Source: Octopus sinensis
Lineage: Eukaryota
DNA: 64,000 nucleotides
Reading direction: 5' to 3'
Assembly: GCF_006345805.1 (NCBI RefSeq)
Contig: NC_043001.1
Coordinates: forward strand, 102,424,001-102,488,000
Each line of letters opens with the position of its first letter. The stretch's first letter is position 1. The notes under the pieces were generated by a model. The model was not told the origin of the DNA, made no database searches, and saw nothing but the letters and a program-made list of their open reading frames with translations. This document shows, piece after piece, positions 52,431-62,132 of this stretch. The position numbers were made by a program, and so were the translations under genes.

Positions 52431-52893
52431 GGGCAAAAGAAAAATTCTAATGCCAAATATGCCGAAAAAAAGACAATAATTGTCAATAAACCATTATAAT
52501 TTATGCGTCTCGAAACAAACCGATAAAAATCTCTAAAAAATTTGTTATTACTGTATTGGTCCAATTTCGGGGTTAATTCATAAGAAATTTCCCCCTCTTC
52601 AGCGGCAAATACACGAGATATAAGTGAAATACTTACTCATACCCATGGAAAAAGCAAGCACTATGTCCCGAGTAGAACCAAGTACCCCAAATATATCCAA
52701 AATAGATATTCGCGTAGTTGCCACTGAAGAGGGGAAAATTTCTTACGAATTAACCCTGAAATTGGACCAATACGGTTATAACAAATTTTTAGAGATTTCT
52801 ATTGGTTTGTTTCGAGACACATAAATTATAATGGTTTATTGACAATTATTGTCTTTTTTCAGCATATTTGGCATTAGAAATTTTCTTTTGCTC
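52431..52893. mobile_element. PIF/Harbinger-type MITE, ~190-bp TIRs, TAA TSD
   Basis: TAA-GGGCAAAAG...CTTTTGCTC-TAA; arms ~52431-52620 and ~52706-52893. Confidence 0.85.
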
Positions 52894-53054
52894 TAACTAC
52901 TAAATTATTTATAAATTTAACCTTTATAGGTATTTTTTGATATGTTGGCCATTGATAAAAATTTTTTCATGAAAAAAATTTTATCCTACATTAGTTATAT
53001 ATATATATATATATATATATGTATAGAAATTAAATATAAAATATAATTACAAAG

Positions 53055-53245
53055 TGGGACAAGAACACACATACATACATACGATGGTCTTCTTTCAGCC
53101 TTCTGTCTACGAAATACATTCACAAGATTTTGGTCAGCCCGAGACTATAGCAGAAGACACTTGCCCAAGGTGCCATGCAGTGGGAGTGAACCCAAAACCA
53201 AGTGGCTGGGAAGCAAGCTTCTTATCACATAGCCATGCCTGCACC
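53055..53245 (-). mobile_element. SINE family A 5' half
   Basis: GAAGACACTTGCCCAAGGTGCCATGCAGTGGGAGTGAACCC. Confidence 0.82.
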
Positions 53246-53251
53246 TATATG

Positions 53252-53280
<29 letters not shown>

Positions 53281-53288
<8 letters not shown>

Positions 53289-53494
53289 TCAATATAGGGT
53301 GGCAAAAAAAAAAAGTTTTGTAGAATTTTTTTGCCACCAGCGGCCTAGTGGGAAAAAATTAAATAGTCATAGACCATTTTTAAGTTCTTTAAGAACTTAA
53401 AAATGGTCTATGACTATTTAATTTTTTCCCACTAGGCCACTGGTGGCAAAAAATTCTACAAAATTTTTTTTGCCACCCTATATTGATTAATTAT
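53281..53494. repeat. 214-bp near-perfect palindrome with 1-nt spacer (foldback/MITE-like)
   Basis: Centre at 53390; one substitution and homopolymer-length differences between arms. Confidence 0.95.
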
Positions 53495-53599
53495 GAATTT
53501 TCTGGTTAATTCCGTAATGGAATCGACGGCTTATATTTATTTGCTGCCGATAAATTTGGCGCGAGTGCGATGATTTGAAAATTTTAGGTCAGATATTAC

Positions 53600-53671
53600 C
53601 TGGCAGGGTCGAAATGCCTCGTGAAAAAATCTGTCCGACTTGGGCTATTTCTTACTGAAGAATCTGAGGGC
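53600..53671 (-). other. Candidate 72-nt exon (first or 5' exon) in a locally CpG-rich island
   Basis: Donor CAG|gtaata, acceptor cttccatag with upstream ctaac; one open frame PSDSSVRNSPSRTDFFTRHFDPA; many CpGs at 53500-53760. Confidence 0.3.
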
Positions 53672-53873
53672 CTATGGAAGATTGGTTGATTTAATTTAAT
53701 CAGGTTAGTTTACCATTAAACAGCAGATGAAACGGTGCATCGTATAAGAAATTACAGGGTAAATGTTTTTTAAATTTTCTCCTGTTTACAGAATTGATTT
53801 TTATTTGCGGTTGAAGCTTTGGCTGTTATTTCTAGTGGGTGAATGGCCTATTATGGCCGTTCCTTGATTGTTG

Positions 53874-53914
<41 letters not shown>

Positions 53915-53947
53915 TATATATGTATGTAAAAGCATATCAAATATATA

Positions 53948-54865
53948 TCTTACTATATAAAACAGTTTGTGTGTGTGTGTGTGTGTGCGTACCTGCGTGT
54001 GTGTGTGTGCGTACCTGCGTGTGTGCATGCCTGCATGGGTGCGTATGTTCTTTATGGATTCAAAAACTGAACTGCCAATTTCGACGTATGAGCTATCAAA
54101 AAATTCAGTAATCTTTCGGTAACCAAATAAAGTATATTTGTTGCTCAACAACTCTGTTGTACTACAGAAATAACCTCAAAATTGAGGTTGGGTTGTACAA
54201 TTTTGAGGTCTTTTGCTAAGGGAGGCAACTTTGCATGAACAAGTTAGATAGAACATAATGAGAATATGTTTAAAATACATGGAGTTTTTCCAGGGAATGA
54301 AACTTTGAAGATACTTTATTAGTATTATTTAGTAGATAATCTTTTAATGTGTAGTATGTTTATGTTCTGTTTAACCCAGAGTTGCCTCTCATGTAGCAAA
54401 CCCATCGTATAAATTTTGGTTTTTTTTTGCCTTCCTGAAATAGTGTAAATCAGTGTCTTTCATTTGATGAAAGGGTTTGTTTTAAAGAGATTTGGCTGCT
54501 ATTTGTAGTAGTTCAAGTTACCACATACACAACTGTGTGTGTGTGTGTGTGTTTTGCTGTGGTGAAAAAATAGTTTTTCTCAGAATATTTTGCACAATAA
54601 TTCTTAAAGAAATCTGGACATCTTTCTTACAGTTCAACTTCAAATTACAATTGCTAATTGTTGGAAGTGAAGTAGACTGAGATGTACATCATCCTGAATT
54701 TGGTAGACGGAAACTGCAGAGTTGTCCGTCAGAAAATGACCAAGAAACATGTTTATAAAGAAGAGTTGTTTGCTTCATACACCTCATGTGCTGATTCTGA
54801 CCATAAGAAAGGAACGAATAATACAATGTGGCTGTAGATCATAAGACCCGGGCAACGCCGGGGTG
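53948..54865 (+). mobile_element. Possible non-autonomous Helitron
   Basis: A|TCTTACTATATAAAA plus (GT)n at the 5' end; GC hairpin CCCGG-GCAACG-CCGGG at ~54846; no clear CTRR terminus. Confidence 0.3.
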
Positions 54866-54888
54866 CATATCATATATGTGTGTGCATA

Positions 54889-54924
<36 letters not shown>

Positions 54925-54929
54925 GCACG

Positions 54930-54960
<31 letters not shown>

Positions 54961-54964
54961 ACAC

Positions 54965-55105
54965 ACAGTTGAAATTTACAGAAAAACAAAAGACAAAGAC
55001 AGGTATATTAGTTTAACGCTTGGGAAGGTGAGAAAGTCTTTTATGTTTCGAGCCTACACTCTTCAACAGAAAGGAACACGAGGAAATAAACAGAGAGAGA
55101 ATAAA
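54965..55105 (-). mobile_element. Penelope-type pseudo-LTR-like repeat, copy 3
   Basis: Homologous to copies 1 and 2; between (CA)n and (TA)n. Confidence 0.65.
55038..55073 (-). ncRNA. Minimal type I hammerhead-like motif, copy 3
   Basis: Minus strand CTTT-CTGTTGAA-GAGT(GTAG)GCTC-GAAAC-ATA-AAAG. Confidence 0.55.
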
Positions 55106-55130
55106 AAAACTGATATATATATAATATATT

Positions 55131-55162
<32 letters not shown>

Positions 55163-55404
55163 CATACATACATAGATAAGAAGAGCTTCTTTCAGTTTCT
55201 GTCGATCAAATCCACTAAAAAAGGCCATAATAGAAGACACCTGTTCAAGGTGCCATACACAGGGACTGAACCCAGAACCATGATATAGGCCTATCCGTAT
55301 GTTATTCATCTTTAACCAATCATAGAGACTCCAGTATTGATTCCAATGTTTCATATTCTACAGACAGGCAGAGTTACCATTTTCGCTCAGCCTGAGTCCC
55401 GATG

Positions 55405-55625
55405 TGAAGGCAGTGAGCTGGTCAGTCATTACTTCACCAGGCAAAATGGTTGGTGGCATTTCGTACATCTTTACATTGTAAGTTCATATTCCACTGAGGT
55501 CAACTTTGCCTTTCGTCCTTTCAGGGTCAATAAAATAGGCACCAGTTGAAAACGGGGGTGGGGGGTTGATGTAATCAACTTCCCCCTCCACAGAAATCGC
55601 TGACCTTGTGTGTCAAAATTTGAAT
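55405..55625 (+). mobile_element. SINE family B
   Basis: GTGAGCTGG...ACTTTGCCTTTCGTCCTTTCAGGGTCAATAAAATA. Confidence 0.75.
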
Positions 55626-56025
55626 CCCACATGAATCATGATGTCCTGTGTCAAACACAAAATCAGAAACTTGAATGGCTAGATGGTTGCATGAACACAC
55701 ACACACACGCACATGCGCACACACGCACACACATACACACACACACACAGAGGGCCTCTGAATAATCTCCATCTACCAATTCTGCTCATAAGGCATTGGT
55801 CTATAGTAGAAGACACCTGATGCAACATGTCATGCAGTGGGATTGAACCTGGGTCTCTGAAGTTACAAAACAAACAAATTAACCACAACCGTCTGTTTCT
55901 TAAACATCAACAAAAGAATCACCATTTTCAAGGGGAGTTGAAGTCTCTGGTGAGGTTCATTGTTCAACAAATAAACTTAAATCCTATTAACCACAAGTTT
56001 GTACAAAGGTATAATAATGTAGGTT

Positions 56026-56295
56026 AATCATCATCATCATTGGTTAACATCCGCTTTCCATGCTGGCATAGGTTGAACGGCTTCACTGGGGACTGGCAAG
56101 CCAGGAGGCTGCGCCAGGCTCCAGTCTGATGTGGCAGTGTTTCTATAGCTGGATGCCCTTCCTAACGCCAACCATTTCAAGAATGTAGTGGGTGCTTTTT
56201 ATGTGCCACCGGCATGGGAGCCAGTCGGGCAGCACTGGCATCGGCCAGATTCGGATGGTGCTTTTTACATGCCACGAGCACAGGAACTAGTCGGG
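56026..56295 (-). mobile_element. RTE 3'UTR copy
   Basis: (CAT)n, CCGCTTTCCATGCTGGC, GCTGGATGCCCTTCCTAACGCCAACC. Confidence 0.85.
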
Positions 56296-56472
56296 GCGAG
56301 GGTGGGAGAGATGTCATAAAATTACAAAACAAGAGATACCACCACTGGATCCAATAGTCACCGTTGTACCATTTGTAATTTTCATGATCAACTGCAAGCG
56401 TAATAGAAAAGCTCAGAGATAGTCAGATGCAAGAAGGTGTTGTAAAACCCAATGAATAAAAAAGACAACCAA

Positions 56473-56635
56473 GGCGCAGGAGTGGCTGTGTGGTAAGTAG
56501 CTTGCTAAACAACCACATGGTTCCGGGTTCAGTCCCACTGCGTGGCATCTTGGGCAAGTGTCTTCTGCTATAGCCCCGGGCCGACCAATGCCTTGTGAGT
56601 GGATTTGGTAGACGGAAACTGAAAGAAGCCTGTCG

Positions 56636-56678
<43 letters not shown>

Positions 56679-56855
56679 TTGTGTTTGTCCCCCTAGCATT
56701 GCTTGACAACCGATGCTGGTGTGTTTATGTCCCCGTCACTTAGCGGTTCGGCAAAAGAGACTGATAGAATAAGTACTGGGCTTACAAAGAATAAGTCCCG
56801 GGGTCGATTTGACTGCATGGCCGCAGTCAAATGACAGAAAAGAGTAAAGAGTAAG
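56473..56855 (+). mobile_element. SINE family A, young full-length copy
   Basis: GGCGCAGGAGTGGCTGTGTGG (A box), GGTTCAGTCCC (B box), retained CpGs. Confidence 0.93.
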
Positions 56856-57038
56856 TAATGTAAACTACACTGGTACAATCTCCTTCAGTGTCTTAGTCCA
56901 ATATCAACATAGTCTTATAAACAAACATCAACTTTCCTCCAACCAGGTAAACTCATGTTGAAATTTTAATTAAGAATGTGTCATTCAGTACACCAGCCAT
57001 TAAATTATTATACCAATACAGACATGTAAAGAGGACAG

Positions 57039-57377
57039 ATGACAGTCATTGGCTTAGAATCTCCTTCCAAGATGACAACACGCCATATGAAGCTAAGATT
57101 AGCGAAAGCAGAAGCGAAAGAAAACCAGAATGAGAGAGATAAGACAGTAAATGTTTGTATGTGGCTGATGAGAAGATGCAAAATTGTATTTCATGAATAG
57201 TTAATGTCGTGACCCGTCCGACTCATGGCACTGGATTATGATGTTGCTGCATAATCTTTTATTAATTCTTCCTTATATTCTGTCACTACTTTAATGCTTT
57301 CAGCAGGTAACGGTGAAGACATAAATAGAAAGTTATTCAGACGCAAAGTCAAAAACAGTAAAAATATCTGCGACTAA
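57039..57377 (+). CDS. Candidate two-exon small ORF (63 aa; 52 aa from second ATG)
   Basis: Exon 1 to 57156, GTATGT..TTTCAG intron 57157-57303 with long pyrimidine tract, exon 2 57304-57377; frames join without a stop. Confidence 0.22.
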
Positions 57378-59795
57378 CCACAACAGATTAAACTTTATTT
57401 TGTTTATTAAGAATTCAATGTAAGCCAAACTTTTATTTTCTATGACAATGTTTCAATCGAGATATATTTACGAGCAGTGAAAAAGTGTGACAGAGATCTG
57501 AAGTATGATTTACAAATTTGATGTGATAGGTGTAATATTTCGAAGGGAAGGAAAGATTATCAGAAAAATTCAGAATGGAAACTAGTCATTTTGGGGAGGT
57601 AGGTGGAGAAATAACAGTAATTTTGGATGTTGTAGCCTTTTTTTTTCTTTTTGCCTTTTTGGTGGTCTCAGACAATATTTATAGATTTGATTTTGGCATA
57701 GACTGGTGAAATATGGGGAGAGGGGAGAAAGGGGAGAGAGAGAGAGATTTGGGAGTTTTTATGATGTTTTGTTTATTAATAATGAAAAGTTGTTTCTAAG
57801 AAATGTTGCCACCACCATTTCATTGATATGTTGAAGAAAGACAAGATAATACTTCACAGTAGACATAACAACAACATCAACAGATTAACAAGATCACATG
57901 CCAGTAAGAAAGGAAAAAAATCTGGTGAGATGTCACTTTTAACTATTATTTATCCAACCAGCTTTTGCAAATCCCTTCTGATAAACTTTACTGCTTATGA
58001 TATTTTGAAAGGTAAGATGTGGCAGTGTTAAATTCTTACTTAAAGGAATCAGTAACTTGGTTTTAATTCCAAGCTAGAATGGTTTCCTATGTTATGTGAA
58101 TGCTGGCAGCAAAGACTCATTTTCTTTCTCTTTCCATCCCATTCTGTGTTTAGAGGGGGACACTAATGGATGGCACTGGGGAGTCATTCAGCAATGAATG
58201 TATTTTTTTATATTTCTTACATTTGAGGATATTGTTAGAGGGAACATTACATGATCAACCAGGTCATCCGATGCTGCTATACATCGCAGTTCACAATGTG
58301 CTTTGCATCATTTTAGCTTTCAAATGGTGCCACCCTGGTGGCAAAGTGAGCAACATTCGCCCTGATTGGAAGGCTATTCCATCACAGGGTGAGCCATTTA
58401 CAGCTGAGTGAACTGGGGCAATGTGCAAAAGGAAGTGTTTTGCCCAAAGACACAATGTGCTGCTTGGTCTGGGGGTTGAACCCATGATCTAAATACACAG
58501 ATAGATATGAAGGAGACAACCCCTAGATGATAGGCCTTTACACCTAGAGTTAATTTCCTATCAAGATTAGTTTGATCTTTGATCTGTGAGAGGTGGATTA
58601 TATTGGCTACACTTCTTCCATTCTTCACACAAAATGAATGGCTTTGCACCTCAGCTAAAACGAATGTTAAAAAACTGGATTTAGAGGCGGGGAAAAAATG
58701 GAGACATGTGAACAGTATGGTAGTCATTCCCTACCAAACTGATACAGTGAGATAGTCATGTTTTCAGGATTTGAAACTCTACAAGGCTTTCCCATTCAAA
58801 TTATTTTAATCTCTTTGCAACAGAAATTTCCACAAAGCATTCTGTGACATGAAACCTCTTTCTCTTAGAGCAGAGTTGAAATCACAGTCAACTGACAGTA
58901 GTTTGTAGTTTAGCTTCTAGTTTATTGCTATCCTATCCATGATTTGAACTCTCTTCTAAACTCATTAAAATCAGAACTAGTAAGAGAGTGAAGTTGATTT
59001 AATTAACTATATATTCTCCTCCTACAAAAATAACATCACATCTGAGCAAAAGAAATTATTTTTCCTTGCCTAATTATCAGTTTTAATGGAATGGTAACAT
59101 TGGTCTTTTCATTGACATCGTGTTGCTTTAATAAGCTAAAGATGTCTCTGTTTTATGTGCAGGCACAGACTCCCATTTTCCTTCCTCAATCAAATTCATT
59201 GATAATGTCTTTGATTATATCTGCCTGTTTAATGAATCATTATAACCTATAATTCAACTTGACTTTTCAATCTTGTCAATAAATCTGCTACTTCTCTTAA
59301 AATCAATTGATCCAGTAAACTTTTAAGAGCAATATTTGCCAAACACAAAATTTGTTTCATCTCACTAATTAAGCCAAAGGATTAATATTTCATAACTTTT
59401 CCAAAACGAGGACCTGTAGATGTTTACTATAATTGATATATTTTGTGTTAATACCAAAAGTTTGAAAGATAGTTAGATTTAATACATTTATTTAGATGTT
59501 AAATAAAAAATAAAAAATAAAAATTATATATTTATATCAACCCATGTGCTCATAAATTACAAGTTTTCTTAATTTCACAAACTGTCAACTTTATTTTCCT
59601 GCCAAAAAAAATAAAGAAATGAATTCTTCCTCTGAAATAATTAGCACTAATGACATACAAATTATTAATTTGTATCTAGATTGTATGATATACGTGACAG
59701 AAGTACAACACAGTAAATCAGTGAAGTGTGAGCAGTAAATTTACACAGTGTCACAGAAATTGATCAAGTTGAAATATGGCCAGTAATATTTACAG

Positions 59796-59834
59796 AAATG
59801 TCTGCAACTAACTACTCTCCTTTCAATAGCAAAG
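59796..59834 (+). CDS. Candidate start exon MSATNYSPFNSK
   Basis: tttacag|AAATG...AAAG|gtatgt. Confidence 0.25.
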
Positions 59835-60037
59835 GTATGTTGATCCAATAGAAATTCTCCCTTGAATGATATCATATTTGAGTGATGAAGAGTGGGAAGA
59901 ATAATGAAAGTGAAAACAGTTCTAAAATGATGTTAGTTTTTTTTGGAATGAGTGGGAAATATACATAGAAAAAGATATTTATAATACTGTTCAATGGACA
60001 ACATCAGTGGGTTGCATATGTCAGGATGGGGTCAGGG

Positions 60038-60252
60038 CAGTGAGCTGGCAGAATTGTTAGCATGCCAGGCAAAATGCTTAGCAGTATTTTGTCTGCCTTT
60101 ATGTTCTGAGTTCAAATTCCACTGAGCCCAACTTCACCTTTCATCGTTTCAAAAGGGTCAATAAAATAAACACCAGCTGAGCACTAGGGTAGATGTAATC
60201 AATGAAATCCCTCCCTGGAATTGCTGGCCTGGTGCTAAAATTTGAAATCAAT
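60038..60252 (+). mobile_element. SINE family B
   Basis: GTGAGCTGGCAGAATTGTTAGCATGCCAGGCAAAATGCTTAG...TTCTGAGTTCAAATTCC. Confidence 0.85.
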
Positions 60253-60587
60253 AGGTCAAGATAGGTTACCAAACAAGACATGCAGCAAAATGTTATGGTT
60301 TCTGAAAACCAGAAAACCGGCAAGAGAAGTGATTCAATGAAATGATATGTATGATCTAAGTCATAACTAATTAATGGGAAACTTGGGTAATAATATTTTT
60401 TAAAAAATCAATGTAAATGTGCGGATGTTTAAAAAGTGTAAGGGAATCTTGTAATTAAGCTGTAGTCAGAATTTCATATATTGTTTACAATTTCATAATC
60501 ACAGGATTTATGAATAAACAGTTTCAAGAGGGATTCTGTATTATCAGACATGATTCTTGATGAGAATCTTGGCTAATACGTATTCAG

Positions 60588-60665
60588 CTCACGTTTTACA
60601 ATACCATCAGAACTAAAGACACAAGGAAACAATGTTGTTATGACAAGAAGTGTGAAATTAGATCG
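60588..60665 (+). CDS. Candidate 78-nt exon
   Basis: tattcag| acceptor (weak tract), TCG|gtgagt donor; two open frames (SRFTIPSELKTQGNNVVMTRSVKLD or LTFYNTIRTKDTRKQCCYDKKCEIRS). Confidence 0.2.
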
Positions 60666-60967
60666 GTGAGTGTTAAATACTGTTTTTATAATAATTCAAG
60701 AAAAGCTAAAACGAAATGAAGAATGTTTTAATCCTGAAATTGGACAAGAGAAGAGGAACAATCTTTAAAAAGGCATCAAAACCAAAGTAGAAAGTAACCA
60801 GCAAAGAGGCTGATATTTTAAATGTTAAAAGGAACCAAAAGTGGGTGGTGACTTTCTGAAATAGAAAGCAAATATGAAGATCCTATTGAGATTAATTCTA
60901 CATCCACAAAGTGACAACGTTGGCTGAGAAAGGAAAAACAATAATTTATTCTTGATAATGTAAAGTT

Positions 60968-61427
60968 TTATCTTTTACTTCTATCTTTTATTTGTTTCAA
61001 TCTGTGGCCATGCTGGGGCACCACCTTGAAGAATTTGTGGCCGAATGAATTGACCCCAGTAATTGTATATATTTTTTAAGCCAGGTGCTCATTCTACTGG
61101 TCGCTTTTGCTAAACTGCTAAGTCAAGGGGATATAAACACACCAACACTGGTTGCTAAATGGGGGGGGGGGGCAAAAAACAGACACAAAGACACACAGAT
61201 ATAAACTGTCTAACCCATGCCAGCATGGAAAGCAGATGCTAAATGATGATAATGATGATTATGATGGTGATGGCAGGCTTCTTTCAATTTCTGTCTACCA
61301 AATCCACTCAGAAAGCTTTAGTTGGCCCAAGGCTGCAGTAGAGGACACTAGCTCAAGGTGCCATACAGTGGGACTGAACTTAGAACCGTGTAGTTGGGAA
61401 GCAAATTACTTGCCACACAGCCACACC
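60968..61427 (-). mobile_element. SINE family A with RTE tail inserted in its centre
   Basis: Both SINE halves present; 61205-61272 is CTAACCCATGCCAGCATGGAAAG...(GAT)n. Confidence 0.82.
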
Positions 61428-61759
61428 TAATACTTCAACTAAATTTCTATAGAAAGTATTGTGTAAATTAGAGCTGGATGAGGATGAAACTGAGTCGACA
61501 TAAAGTTTTTTTAAATATTTCATATTGTAGTGTAAGGAATATTTTTAAAGGGATAAGGAGAATAAAGCTGATACAGAATATCAAAAAAAGGAACCAGAGG
61601 CTTGTAATGGAAGACAGATGGAACCAAGACAATCTGGAATCCAGTGGTTAATTTTGAAGTAATAAGAGAGAAATATTTCTCAAATGCTAAGATAGTGGGC
61701 AAGACACTGAAGCTAATGCCATGCCATTTCTGGTGTAATTCTTACATAGGACTAGCTCA

Positions 61760-61903
61760 TGAAGTAGCTTGCTTATCAACCCACATGGTTCTGGGTTCAG
61801 TCCCACTGTGTGGCGCCTTAGGCAAGTGTCTTCTACTATAGTCTCAGGCCAACCAAAGCCTTGTGAGTGGATTTGGTAGACAGAAACTGAAAGAATACCA
61901 TCG

Positions 61904-61937
<34 letters not shown>

Positions 61938-62132
61938 AGTGTTTGTCCCTCCAACATCGCTTGACAACTGATGGTGGTGTGCTTACATCTCCTTAACTTA
62001 GCAGTTTGGCAAAAGAGACCAATAGAATAAGTACTAGGCTTACAAAGAATAAATCCTGAGGTCAATTTGCTCAACTAAAAATGGCAGTGCTCCAGCATGG
62101 CCGCAGTCAGGTGACTGAAAAGAGTAAAAGAG
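61760..62132 (+). mobile_element. SINE family A
   Basis: GGTTCAGTCCCACTGTGTGGCGCC, body, GAGTAAAAGAG tail. Confidence 0.88.

Noticed and set aside
52712-52750. CTGAAGAG...CGAA inside the Harbinger MITE
   Set aside because: Stem II does not pair and GAAA is incomplete; part of a TIR.
53592-53660. ATATTACCTGGCAGGG resembles the U1 snRNA 5' end
   Set aside because: Similarity stops after ~13 nt, with no U1 stem-loops or Sm site; better explained as the reverse complement of a 5' splice site (CAG|GTAAT).
56473-56550. tRNA-like A and B boxes
   Set aside because: Head of a SINE; no cloverleaf or anticodon arm, and it continues into the SINE body.
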